From: a bacterium
GTDB taxonomy: Bacteria > Electryoneota > Electryoneia > Electryoneales > Electryoneaceae
DNA length: 64,000 bases
Reading direction: 5' to 3'
NCBI GenBank assembly: GCA_963669175.1
Contig: OY769902.1
Coordinates: 4,576,001 to 4,640,000, forward strand
Made by a program: the position numbers and the translations under genes. The notes under the pieces are model-generated. The model was given only the letters and a program-made list of their open reading frames with translations. It was not told where the DNA came from and did no database searches. Shown piece by piece: positions 7,623-18,090 of this stretch; positions within the stretch are counted from its first letter, which is position 1; every line of letters starts with the position of its first letter.

Positions 7623-10600
7623 TTATTTCATCAGCACGATCTTCTGTGTCTTGATGTAATCCGCAGCCTTCATCGTAACGAAATAAACGCCCGATGAAAC
7701 CGGAATCCCCGACATCGACTTACCGTTCCAGAGAACACGATGGTAGCCGGCCTTGATGTCACGATTCACCAGTTGTGCGACACGCTGCCCAAGGACATTG
7801 TAAACAGCGATTTCCACTTTTGCCGCGTTTGGCAAAGCATAGGGAATGCTCACAACGGGATTAAACGGATTCGGATAAGCTGGCTGTAAAGCAAACTCTG
7901 TGGGAAGTAATGTTTGTTGAGTGTTCGCAAGCTCAGAATTGCTCAGTTGCTGCAGCAGAGCAACTTTTTTCTTACGATAATCGGCAATGCTGGCGGGAAC
8001 TGTATACTCAAATACCCCCAGCTTTGTCAGTCCAAGTGGGCTCTTTACAGTTCGTGGAGCTGAACTTTGTGTTCCAGTATTGGACGCTGTTAATGCCACG
8101 TCGTTTGACTTGCTGGATTGTCCAAGTTCAACCATTCCGGTTTCTGTGTCAGAGCTAGTTTGACGCACGGTTGCTTTTCCGCTACGCTTCACACTGACAC
8201 TGTTGCCACCATCTCCAATGCCCAGTAAATCACCTTCATCAATCCCGGCCAGGTACAGCTGGTAATACGTTTCCAACTGGCCAATAAGACCCAAGAGTGA
8301 ATCAACCGGATCATCCGCAAGAAGAACAAAGGTATCAAGTTCAGCAATCGATGTTGTGAACTCATACTGTCTGTTCAACAAACTGACCTGTTCCCAGAAA
8401 GCACCTATCCCTAGAACATCATGATCTAAATAGTCATCCAAGTCTTCAATCAAATCGCCATCACTAACACCAAGCTGTGACTGACAACGGACCCAACCAT
8501 CAAGTGCAGCAGCTGAAGAATCATCTTCAATGGCTATCAAGTACAAATCGGAAGCATTTTCCCAATCACCGTCCATTTCCGCTGCTTTCGCGAGGTCAAA
8601 ATTGGTCGGTACCGGATCATCGCCATCATCGTTCAACTCATCAAGGTCTCCGGGATTGTTGGCTTGTGCATCCATACCGCTTACGTCAACACAACCAAAA
8701 GGATAGAACCATTGCGGAACAGGAATAGAACTGGAGTTCTCGAAATAGTTCCCCTTCCCACTATGTGAAGGTGCTACAAAATTAACATCATAGATCAGAT
8801 AAGGATCACTCTGGTCTATAATGTCGTTGTGCCGTTCACTGAACACTGGCCGTGAACTATTGAGGTAGATTTCTGCTCTTGCTGCCGACGAAAGTGAATT
8901 AGCGCCATTGTCGTAAAACGTATTTCCCAAAGTTTGGTTGTAGTACCCCAGCATAGCATCACTCGAAGAAATAGCATACAGACCGTTACGAGTGTTTTCG
9001 CGGAAAATACAGCGCTTGAAGTCCGGTTCGGATTTTGACAGATATACACCATACGTCCCGTTGTCCGAGAAAGTACAGTAGTTAACGATACCATCAGCAC
9101 AGCTTATAAATTCCGCGCCTGCATAGGTGTTTTCGGACAATAGTGAATTTGACATATTCACTTTTGCCTGTGTCGCACTCAGACCATAATCGCAGTTTGT
9201 AATGGTGATGTCGACCAGGTCCAATGGGGATGTTTTATATGCTTCAATTCCAGCGTTTCCACACTCTGAAATTGTCACATCCTCTGCATCAACATTGTTG
9301 GAGTTGGAAACAGTTAAACCATTTAAACTGACGTTTGAAATGTTAGCGTATGACAGATCAAGTGTCGCGCCATCACTGACCACAATCCCATTTGTGGCGT
9401 CTGCAATACTTACATACGCCATCTCACCTTGGCTGCCGCTATTGAATTGAATGCCTCCCCAATCACCTGCTTGTTGGGTTTCCGATTTGAATTTTACTTC
9501 AGCATTTCCTTCCCCAAAAATTTCTATGGATCCATTTACAACCAACATTGAGTTTGAAGCGCAAGTTATCACCGTCCCCGGCATAATTTGCAATGTCGAA
9601 TTTATTTGTACAGTTACTGTTCCTGACAGAGTAATATTGCCAACCCAAACATTCGGAGTGCCGTCATTAATTCCGAGGTTTGTCGGTGATGTGTAAGCTT
9701 GTCCCCTGAGGTACCCAATCTCATCACCCTTTGGATAACCCCAGAAAATTGCTCCCGAGTTTGTTCCCTCAATAACATCAACGTAATTCTCCTGCTGATA
9801 TAGACCATCGTAGTATACATCTGGGAAGTATTGATCATTAAGGACGGCAACAAAATCGTTGATATTATCATCATTGATATCGCAAATCCACGTCTGGTAG
9901 GTTGGATTATTACAATACCCCCAATATTCATGGCTACCATTTTGCGTACTTAATCCACTCAAGTAGAACGATTCAGTATCATACGTACCATCTCCGGCAG
10001 CATTAGGAGTCATTGCTAAAAGTTTTGCAGACCTTGTTTGTTGACAATTTCCTACACATAAAATTGACGGACTGGTCTCAGCAAAAACAGAGACAAGACT
10101 CTGTCCAGCACAATATCCGTCCATTTCATCAAAATATTCGGAAGCGATGCTATTGTCATTAGGGCGTACAATAACACCTTCACCTGTCCCGAAAACGGTT
10201 CCCCATAAACCTGTTAGACCACCATTGCCAACAATTTTACCTGCTGCGCCAAAGGTCGATGGGGGATCATATTCCCCATTATCTTGTATAGGACGATCAT
10301 ACAATACCAAATCTCCAAGTGTATTTCGATTTAGAATATACACATGATCGTCTTCTAGAAAACTAACAATAGCTTCTTCCTCCATATCTTGGTCAATATT
10401 CATTACTGTTGGACCTACCATCTGTTGATCTATAGGATTGAATGTGCTAGTACCTGCCATAATAAATCGTTCAGAAAGCGATCCTGTTTGTAAATCAATA
10501 ATATATAAGTATCTATTGATATGATCATATTCTTCTGCCCCTTGTATTATAACATATGGGGTTACTTCATCATATGGATATATGATAGAAGGCACACACA

Positions 10601-13523
10601 ACATACTATTATCATTTAATGTGTTGTCGCTATAAGACCACTCCAAAGCAATATCACCTGTATGATAATTGATAGAATACAATACTATCCTATCGTCTGG
10701 CTGATCAAGTGGGTCATTAGGATTATAGAGACTTTCCCTTACTAAGAGTTCCATACCTTCGTGTTCTGGATGTTGTGAATTTCCTGGCAATATGTCAATA
10801 GGAATTGCTGACGATGTCATCACATCATAAACTCCATGATTTGATTCAACTAAATATTCTTCAACGCCTGTTGCCGCATTCTGAATCATTAAAGCACTTT
10901 CATATTGTGTTACTACTTCTTTTACTCCATCATAATCTATATCAGCAACAAAGAGCGGAGTATTGGAATTATTATACTCAAACACTTCTGGATGCTGCCA
11001 TAGAATACTCCCTGTATTAATATTATAACAGTATGTACCATTAACAATTTCAGGACCTGGATGACTGGCATCATCAATTACATCAGCCATTAACACCATT
11101 TCCCTTGCAGAGGGTAGTTTTTTTGGATAACCTTCTGCGGAGTTGGTAATGTTACCCTCAAAACTTAAAATATTATTGCTTTCTATAACTTCATCAACCT
11201 CTTCATTAACATCGACGATCAACACAATCACTTGTGGTCCTAAAAGGCTTTCCGGATCATTGTGAGTTATTTGAATAGTCACCTCCTGGACAGTATTTGG
11301 TGCGATATATGCAACTGTTGCTTCGCCCAATTCTTCCAACACTCCATTATCATCAATATATAATCCAACCTCAAAATAGGATTCTGCTTGAATATAGGAT
11401 TGATTAGCGACATGGACCTTCACTGGAGCTTCAATTGAAACTGACATAAAATCATGAACCGGAATCAACTCGGCATTGCCCATGCTTTCACGCAAAGGAA
11501 TGCTATAACCAGGTTCACCAAGTAACTGCATTACCTTGCAAGCTTCTTCATCTTGTACCCACGCGGCTAACAAGGTCATTCCCATCTGAGTCAATTGGGG
11601 ATGTAAGAGATACTCTCGTGTTGCATAACGTAAACCCATGGTTGAACGAGTAATAAGGCCACCATCACTGGCAGGTTCATAAAGATTGGGTAAATTCTGG
11701 TAACAGGCACCAATAATACCGGCTGCACCTCTATTCGTCCCTTGTTCAAATAGCAATTCTTCACTGAATGTTCTGTATTGAGTGCTGTTGACGTTAAAAA
11801 TATTCGGATATTGTGTATCACCCCAGAACCCGGTTGCTCCAGAAGACTCCACCAAAAATAATCCCATGCTGTGAAAGTCATCAACTGACAAGTCATTGAA
11901 CTTGTAGTTATTCCAACCTACTCCCAATGCGGCATCCCAGATTTCTATATCTGCCGTTGTTCCGACTAGAGTTAAACTTGAAGGGTGAGATAGAATTGGG
12001 TCCTCACCAATGTATTCATCATTGATAAGTGTGTTCATTCCTGCAACAGTCGTTTCAATATCCTGTGATATTTCAATACTTGGGGATAACCAATTCAGAA
12101 GATCTTCCCAATTAGCATCATTCGCAGCATTATGGTAAGAAGCAAAATAAGCATCCAGGTCAGTGCCATAATTTAATGTTGCGCACTTTATATCAATCAT
12201 TGCCGAGATTGCGAATCCTGAAGGGCTAAATATTGTTAATCCTTGCTCATAAGTAAAATCAAATGTCTCTACAATCTGAAAGTTTGAATATTCTGTTTCC
12301 TCACAAGTTTCCTGTAACAACAAGTTGGTATTATACTGATCAAGATCAGCAATATCATGTGCAGGCAAACGCCCGACCATAACATCTGGGATATCAGAGC
12401 CAAGATTATCGTCCATTTTCCCATAATTGGCATCGCAGTACATCGTTGGTATAGAATTGCCAGGACTATCAACGAAAGGCGATATTTGTGTCTCATCTCC
12501 TAAAATCAGTAGATAACTAAATTTAGGATTATTGCCCCCTTGGCGACGTGATGACACATTTTCGTAAATCCAAACAATCTCATCATGCAACTGGTCAAAC
12601 ATTATTTCAGGAGCTGCAACAAGCGAATTTGCCCGTGCAATAACAACATCAGCGTTATAACTACTCTTTATATAGTCAGCATAATCCAACAGATCCTGAG
12701 TCGGTTGAGTATTATCGCCAGTGTCATAGAAATTGAGACCAGCAACAATCAGGTAATCACAATACGTAAGATCTTGCAAAGTGTGATTTGCATCGTCTAC
12801 ACGGAATACTTGTGGCGCCACCAAATCTGGTAGTTCTATTTCATCAAGCTCATTTCCAGAATCATAATCAGGTAACACAGCCCTCATTAATGCATTGAAC
12901 GTACCAAGTTCTGGAAAATGATCCTGTGATGCACCGTGTAAATGCATACGAATTTCAAGAACTGAGGTGAATTCATAAACATTGGTTACAGGATTGTAAC
13001 GAACTGGTGAAGCTTGTACACGAGCCAGGTGCTGTTCGCGAAACTGCGTTGTCATCTTTATAACAGCCCTGTTTTCGGGATAATAAGCATTGGTTGTGTA
13101 CAGCTTATTATCCTTTACATATTGAACATCCAATTGATTATTTACATAATCTATCTCAGGATGTGGATAACAAACAGGCCAACTCGATTCCTCAGTTGAT
13201 TCAAGACATATAGTCGAAATTGTCACGGAATCACAAGAAGGAATTCCAAATGTGATTTCAGGAGCGGGCAAAAACGGCTCGCCTGGTTCAGCATCTGAAA
13301 GTGCCTCCTCCAGCATCACCCTTCGTTCATTACTATAGTCAATGTAATACACACCCGGTACAGACAGACGAAGAACGATCATTGTATCACTTCGACTTAC
13401 AATTGACCACGCGGGTTCTTCAGCTTCGTCTGAAGTCAATTCGTACCACTGCAGCCCTGTTGTAGCATAACTTAGGCCTGTCACCAGTAATACTGCCAGA
13501 ATAGCTTTTGTGATGTAACGCAT
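7623..13523 (-). CDS. 1966-aa secreted protein: C25 (gingipain-like) propeptide and degenerate C25 domain, CARDB, FG-GAP/propeller region, right-handed beta-helix, helical domain, T9SS-type C-terminal domain
   Basis: Signal peptide; PGEPFLP and FREQHLARVQASPVRYNP propeptide; YLLILGD, CDANYG, PDVMVGRLP, MQLLGEP; VDEVIESNN (CARDB); ADIDYDG; AYPNPFNP...SSGVYF...KIVLMK. Confidence 0.88.
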   Translation of the reverse strand: MRYITKAILAVLLVTGLSYATTGLQWYELTSDEAEEPAWSIVSRSDTMIVLRLSVPGVYYIDYSNERRVMLEEALSDAEPGEPFLPAPEITFGIPSCDSVTISTICLESTEESSWPVCYPHPEIDYVNNQLDVQYVKDNKLYTTNAYYPENRAVIKMTTQFREQHLARVQASPVRYNPVTNVYEFTSVLEIRMHLHGASQDHFPELGTFNALMRAVLPDYDSGNELDEIELPDLVAPQVFRVDDANHTLQDLTYCDYLIVAGLNFYDTGDNTQPTQDLLDYADYIKSSYNADVVIARANSLVAAPEIMFDQLHDEIVWIYENVSSRRQGGNNPKFSYLLILGDETQISPFVDSPGNSIPTMYCDANYGKMDDNLGSDIPDVMVGRLPAHDIADLDQYNTNLLLQETCEETEYSNFQIVETFDFTYEQGLTIFSPSGFAISAMIDIKCATLNYGTDLDAYFASYHNAANDANWEDLLNWLSPSIEISQDIETTVAGMNTLINDEYIGEDPILSHPSSLTLVGTTADIEIWDAALGVGWNNYKFNDLSVDDFHSMGLFLVESSGATGFWGDTQYPNIFNVNSTQYRTFSEELLFEQGTNRGAAGIIGACYQNLPNLYEPASDGGLITRSTMGLRYATREYLLHPQLTQMGMTLLAAWVQDEEACKVMQLLGEPGYSIPLRESMGNAELIPVHDFMSVSIEAPVKVHVANQSYIQAESYFEVGLYIDDNGVLEELGEATVAYIAPNTVQEVTIQITHNDPESLLGPQVIVLIVDVNEEVDEVIESNNILSFEGNITNSAEGYPKKLPSAREMVLMADVIDDASHPGPEIVNGTYCYNINTGSILWQHPEVFEYNNSNTPLFVADIDYDGVKEVVTQYESALMIQNAATGVEEYLVESNHGVYDVMTSSAIPIDILPGNSQHPEHEGMELLVRESLYNPNDPLDQPDDRIVLYSINYHTGDIALEWSYSDNTLNDNSMLCVPSIIYPYDEVTPYVIIQGAEEYDHINRYLYIIDLQTGSLSERFIMAGTSTFNPIDQQMVGPTVMNIDQDMEEEAIVSFLEDDHVYILNRNTLGDLVLYDRPIQDNGEYDPPSTFGAAGKIVGNGGLTGLWGTVFGTGEGVIVRPNDNSIASEYFDEMDGYCAGQSLVSVFAETSPSILCVGNCQQTRSAKLLAMTPNAAGDGTYDTESFYLSGLSTQNGSHEYWGYCNNPTYQTWICDINDDNINDFVAVLNDQYFPDVYYDGLYQQENYVDVIEGTNSGAIFWGYPKGDEIGYLRGQAYTSPTNLGINDGTPNVWVGNITLSGTVTVQINSTLQIMPGTVITCASNSMLVVNGSIEIFGEGNAEVKFKSETQQAGDWGGIQFNSGSQGEMAYVSIADATNGIVVSDGATLDLSYANISNVSLNGLTVSNSNNVDAEDVTISECGNAGIEAYKTSPLDLVDITITNCDYGLSATQAKVNMSNSLLSENTYAGAEFISCADGIVNYCTFSDNGTYGVYLSKSEPDFKRCIFRENTRNGLYAISSSDAMLGYYNQTLGNTFYDNGANSLSSAARAEIYLNSSRPVFSERHNDIIDQSDPYLIYDVNFVAPSHSGKGNYFENSSSIPVPQWFYPFGCVDVSGMDAQANNPGDLDELNDDGDDPVPTNFDLAKAAEMDGDWENASDLYLIAIEDDSSAAALDGWVRCQSQLGVSDGDLIEDLDDYLDHDVLGIGAFWEQVSLLNRQYEFTTSIAELDTFVLLADDPVDSLLGLIGQLETYYQLYLAGIDEGDLLGIGDGGNSVSVKRSGKATVRQTSSDTETGMVELGQSSKSNDVALTASNTGTQSSAPRTVKSPLGLTKLGVFEYTVPASIADYRKKKVALLQQLSNSELANTQQTLLPTEFALQPAYPNPFNPVVSIPYALPNAAKVEIAVYNVLGQRVAQLVNRDIKAGYHRVLWNGKSMSGIPVSSGVYFVTMKAADYIKTQKIVLMK

Positions 13524-13565
13524 AATACTCCTCCAGAATAGAATTTGGCAATTGCTGCTTGTCAG

Positions 13566-14777
13566 CTATCTTACAAGCAGTATTTTCTTTGTTACAAGTC
13601 CATCACAGGTCGACAGGAAATACGTACCGGACACCAGTGACGAAAGATCGATCGAATGCACACCCTGCAAGTCAAGAACACGCCTCCCCAAAGCATCATA
13701 CAGAATAAGCGGCAGGGAAGCTTGCGATAGATCAATGGATATCTGCCCATTGGTAGGGTTAGGCCAGACATCCAACGATGCTGTTGTGGGTAGCTTGATG
13801 GGATAGTCGGAAACACGTTGATCACCATTCATCCATTGCCAGGTCATTCCGAAATCTTCCGAATAGTAGATATCAAGGATAGGTGATCGACTCCATGGGT
13901 GCAAAATCTCTTCCCAGTAACAGATCAGTTCACCTGGTGCCCACCCCTGTTTAAAAGCAATCTCCCATGAATAGCCATAACTGGGACGCTGGTCGAACAG
14001 CGCGCCTTGTTGCCAGGTGCGACCGGAATCCTGACTGACCGAGAGATAACCTGTCACATAACTCAGGAAATAGAGTTCGCCATCTGCATATCCATTGTAA
14101 AAATGGCCGGCGCTGTCCAGTTCTGTCGTCCAATGGGAGAAGGTAAAGTTATCGGCATAATCGAAACTGTTAAAGAAATACACACTATCATTCTGCCAGG
14201 TGGCAAAATACACCTCTATCCCGGTCCACCCTTGAAACCAATCTATACCATAACCAGTTATTCCACGACAACGGCCGGATTCATGTGTTCTGAGGGTATC
14301 ATAAGACCAACTAAGTGAACCTGAACAAATGACAAGTGAATCTTCAATATCCTGAATTACTGTCGCATTATGAAGATAGCCAACAGCTCGTAACGTGTCT
14401 ACTAGAACAGTTGTAAGAAAATCATCATTGCTAGTATACAAAGAATACTCATACCCAAACCAATAAGTATCACTGGCATTGTGATGCACGATAACGCCAA
14501 CAGAGTCTCGCACCAGTTCAGCGGTTTCTCCATAATCAGCCGTATAGAACAGGCCATAAGTAGCAAATATATTATCTGGTGAAAACAGATTATGGACATA
14601 ATAAAATTCTCCAGGCTCAGAAGTGCTTACCATATAGGAATTGAATCGTGCATACAAAAAACCAGGAAATAGAAGAAGCAATACAATCGTCATATGCCAT
14701 AATGATCTTTTGGCATGTAAATGTTTCCAGTTCCATTCATTGAAGAATGTGTACAAAGTGTGTATGCTACACATCAT
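13566..14777 (-). CDS. Secreted BNR/Asp-box repeat protein with short T9SS-type C-terminal domain; paralog of 43682-44887
   Basis: TADYGET, SQDSGRTW, SEDFGMTW Asp-boxes; WPNPTNG...YDALGR...SGTYF. Confidence 0.82.
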   Translation of the reverse strand: MMCSIHTLYTFFNEWNWKHLHAKRSLWHMTIVLLLLFPGFLYARFNSYMVSTSEPGEFYYVHNLFSPDNIFATYGLFYTADYGETAELVRDSVGVIVHHNASDTYWFGYEYSLYTSNDDFLTTVLVDTLRAVGYLHNATVIQDIEDSLVICSGSLSWSYDTLRTHESGRCRGITGYGIDWFQGWTGIEVYFATWQNDSVYFFNSFDYADNFTFSHWTTELDSAGHFYNGYADGELYFLSYVTGYLSVSQDSGRTWQQGALFDQRPSYGYSWEIAFKQGWAPGELICYWEEILHPWSRSPILDIYYSEDFGMTWQWMNGDQRVSDYPIKLPTTASLDVWPNPTNGQISIDLSQASLPLILYDALGRRVLDLQGVHSIDLSSLVSGTYFLSTCDGLVTKKILLVR

Positions 14778-15439
14778 AAAATATCCCCTTACTATATTGC
14801 CAATAGGGAATCAAGCATCTCTCAAGTCAAGGCACAACCAACACAGATCGATGATCCTATAAATAGGATCAATAATCTTCAGGAATGGTTCAATGAATGA
14901 CAACAAAGGGATAATAGGGCCGGTCCCCATATTTTGGGCAGGTATTCGCCAATTTTAAGTGATGGTTCCGGGTTTGTTCATGCTGCTTCTGTTCGTTGTT
15001 TCTATCAGCTAGCTTGACATGCGTTTGGCCTTTCAGTGCCTGAAACGGAATTCTGCAGCAACTTTTATATCGTACGGTTGTGACTTTATCGCCATGGTCC
15101 TTGGATCAAAGTATAATTGTTCGCTTCTACTAAACTAATTCACGCAGACCAGAGTTGCAACTACAGATTGCACAGGTAACTTGTAGTCATTACTTAATTT
15201 GCTTGTAATCGATTCGACTACAAGCTGATTGCAAGCAATTGATTACGTTGGACGAGAAGAGTGATTTTTGCTTGTATGCTGAAGAAGCACTGGCTGGATT
15301 AAAACGTAATCGAAGCGAGAATCTTTCCTGCAAGTGACTTGTTGCAGAAGTAACAATTTGTTATGACATATCTTAGAGTGTACTGACTCCAGGAGTCAGG
15401 CTTGATCTATCAAGCTACATTGGACAGGAAGCTGACTTC

Positions 15440-15850
15440 CTACTGATTTAGGTTCTGCCAACGTGTTCGTTGATTGGTCCAGCTTAGCTCTCTGGTGATT
15501 GGTTGCATATGGCGAATAGTGATGTTGTCGTTTCCAGAATTAGTAGAAGGGAGGAAGAGTAGCGCTTCCTGGATATCGGGTGCCAGGTTCAGCAGATTCA
15601 TGATCTGTGTGATACGTGCGCGCGACACATGCAAGAGCATAGCTATTTCAGCGTAATCCTTGATCTCACCCCGGTTGAGGATATCATCCATCTTCCGAGC
15701 TAAAGCCATCAATTTTGAAACTCGAGGTGTTCGGCCTGCAGGCAACTTTGCGGGTATGGTTGCCTTTCCGACCACCAATTTCTGACGACCCCTTTTACCT
15801 GATTTGAAATGAATACTGAACTCTACTGTTTTCCCTGTGGAATAAGCCAT
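15440..15850 (-). CDS. Recombinase-associated HTH protein
   Basis: AEIAMLLHVSRARITQIMNLLNLAPDIQEALL pattern, typical of the gene or domain following DUF2924-linked recombinases; AGGAG RBS. Confidence 0.78.
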   Translation of the reverse strand: MAYSTGKTVEFSIHFKSGKRGRQKLVVGKATIPAKLPAGRTPRVSKLMALARKMDDILNRGEIKDYAEIAMLLHVSRARITQIMNLLNLAPDIQEALLFLPSTNSGNDNITIRHMQPITRELSWTNQRTRWQNLNQ

Positions 15851-15867
15851 GCTATTCTCCTTTTACT

Positions 15868-17358
15868 TCAAGCAACTTCTGTCTGGATCAGGTTTTCATC
15901 ATGAACATGAAACCTGATTTTGCCATCTCTACCGTCGAAGTCAATCCGTTCGAATACAAGCTGAAGCAACCATGACTTTTCGCTGATTGTCAGGTGGTTC
16001 AGTAATGCTTCAAACTGTCCGAGTGCATTGTCGCATTCCTTTTCGGTAATGCTGGAAGACTCAGCGGTCTCGATCTTTTCACGAAGCGAACGCAGTTGTG
16101 CTTGAAGGGACATTCGTTTCCGGTGATCGGATGGTTCATCTCCCTGACTCAGTGTCTCGATATTGAGCTGAAGTACCCTTTCATCCCGATGCATTCCCTT
16201 GATCTGATCTTGCCAGAGGGCTTGAGCCTGATGGAGTACTTCATCGAGGACGCGTTCATTTGAACCCAATTCTACAAGGCGCTCCAGGACAAATCGTTCG
16301 ATTTCCTCTGCAGGAATGGATGGGGCAGGACACTTGTCATAACCATTGTTATGGGCATTCGTGCAGACGTAGTATCGGTAGAGTTTCTTACCCTTCTTGG
16401 TGACAGGGATGTGAATCATGGGAGCGTCACAGGCAACACAATGAAGCATACCTCGAAGAAGCGATTTGTACCGGTTCCTTGGTTGATCAGGCATCCGGCA
16501 TCCCTTCTTCAATTGCACCTGTACCTCATTCCAAGTATCCAGATCGATGATGGCGTCATGTTCACCTTCGTGAATCTCATCCTTATATCGGATCTTGCCT
16601 ATGTACATGATGTTCTTAAGAAAGCTGGATAAACGCGGTTTGTTGTACGGAATCCCTTTGCGCAGATGACCCTTGCGAGTCACCCAGGATTTTGAGGTCC
16701 AACCGCGATCACCAAGTTCTCGCACAACCTCACTCAGTGATTGAAGCTCGAGATAAAGATTGAAGATCTGGCGAACCTGATCAGCTTCAACTGGATTGAT
16801 TACAAGCTTGCCAGAACTTGGACTGACATCGTATCCCAGGAATGGCGTTCCACCAGTCCATTTTCCTTTTCTGCGGGATGCCGCAATCTTGTCGCGGGTT
16901 CGCTCGGAAATTATCTCGCGCTCAAATTGCGCAAAACTTAGGAGAATATTCAGAGTCAATCGACCCATTGAATCGCTGGTTGAAAACTGTTGTGTGACAG
17001 AAACGAAAGAAGCATTGTACTGATCGAGGATTTCTATGATCTTGGCGAAGTCCATCAGGGACCGACTCAAACGATCCAGCTTGTAGACGATGATGCAGTT
17101 TACCTTGCCAGCTTTGACATCATTCAACAGTTGCTGCAGGGCTGGACGTTCCATATTCCCGCCAGTGAAACCACCGTCATCGTACCGGTCCGGAAGGCAG
17201 ACCCAGCCTTCATTCTTCTGACTTAGGATGTAGGCTTCACCAGATTCTCGTTGAGCGTCGAGAGTATTGAAATCCTTGTCCAATCCCTCATCGGTAGACT
17301 TCCGTGTGTAGATCGCACACCGTACTACAGGCTTTTCTTCAGCTTTCTTGTTTGCCAT
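15868..17358 (-). CDS. Large serine recombinase (resolvase + recombinase + zinc-ribbon domains)
   Basis: CAIYTRKST catalytic Ser, YDDGGFTG, LDRLSRS, FAQFEREIISERTRD, H-x-AIID, CVAC...YYVC zinc ribbon; probable start ATG 17358. Confidence 0.95.
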   Translation of the reverse strand: MANKKAEEKPVVRCAIYTRKSTDEGLDKDFNTLDAQRESGEAYILSQKNEGWVCLPDRYDDGGFTGGNMERPALQQLLNDVKAGKVNCIIVYKLDRLSRSLMDFAKIIEILDQYNASFVSVTQQFSTSDSMGRLTLNILLSFAQFEREIISERTRDKIAASRRKGKWTGGTPFLGYDVSPSSGKLVINPVEADQVRQIFNLYLELQSLSEVVRELGDRGWTSKSWVTRKGHLRKGIPYNKPRLSSFLKNIMYIGKIRYKDEIHEGEHDAIIDLDTWNEVQVQLKKGCRMPDQPRNRYKSLLRGMLHCVACDAPMIHIPVTKKGKKLYRYYVCTNAHNNGYDKCPAPSIPAEEIERFVLERLVELGSNERVLDEVLHQAQALWQDQIKGMHRDERVLQLNIETLSQGDEPSDHRKRMSLQAQLRSLREKIETAESSSITEKECDNALGQFEALLNHLTISEKSWLLQLVFERIDFDGRDGKIRFHVHDENLIQTEVA

Positions 17359-17854
17359 TCTTTTCCTTTGAAGGTTTAGTGATTCCGAAGAAGGCCCGGC
17401 CATTCCACAAAGCCCCGGTTACCTCCTTCGCAATGCCTGAAAGAGATCCATAGACCTTACCGTTGAAGAGAAAACCTTCTTTTGTAACAGTGACCAGTAA
17501 GGTCTGGTTTTTGTAAATCCGTTTCAGGGTTGTTCCTGGAAGCAGATCAGCAGTTCTGGATTTGCTTTGGAATGAAACCGGATCGGATTGAATTGTGTCA
17601 GGATGCAGGCGTTTCCTTTGTGGTGCCCGAATCCTGATATCGGAATCGTTGGCCAGTTCTTTGGCACGATTCTTTGCCCGTTCACTCAGGCCTCCTTCGT
17701 CCAGGGATTGCAGCCGCCAGGCTATCTTCTTGCGAAGGTAATCTTTGTTGTACGACCTGGTCGGTTCACCAAACAAATCAACATACTTCTGCTTCAGTTC
17801 CCCGACCGTCAACGTGTGGAGGTTCTGTACTTCTTCGATGGTTTCTGTTGTCAT
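17339..17854 (-). CDS. DUF2924 domain protein
   Basis: LRKKIAWRLQ...GGLS, PGTTLKRIY, YGSLSGIAKEVTGALWNGRAFFG; overlaps the recombinase start. Confidence 0.88.
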   Translation of the reverse strand: MTTETIEEVQNLHTLTVGELKQKYVDLFGEPTRSYNKDYLRKKIAWRLQSLDEGGLSERAKNRAKELANDSDIRIRAPQRKRLHPDTIQSDPVSFQSKSRTADLLPGTTLKRIYKNQTLLVTVTKEGFLFNGKVYGSLSGIAKEVTGALWNGRAFFGITKPSKEKNGKQES

Positions 17855-17913
17855 CCTCTAACTCCTCTAACTGTTAAACCAAACGTGACATAATGACCGT
17901 AATACATTGGCCA

Positions 17914-18090
17914 TTATCCACTTACCCGTTGGTTAACAGGCTTTAGAGGCTTCTGGAGGATAGAATCCGATTCATTTAACCCGTTAGTTAACAGCAGACC
18001 GTTGTCTTTCATTCTTAGGATACCCCTTGCAAGGATATGGGCAATATCCTGCAAACGCTTATCTCGATTGACCTTGTGACCCTTACGCAT
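17914..18090 (-). CDS. Small hypothetical protein (58 aa) heading the recombinase operon
   Basis: Below the ORF-track cutoff; manual translation MRKGHKVNRDKRLQDIAHILARGILRMK...; GGAGGTGA RBS at 18097-18104. Confidence 0.6.
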   Translation of the reverse strand: MRKGHKVNRDKRLQDIAHILARGILRMKDNGLLLTNGLNESDSILQKPLKPVNQRVSG

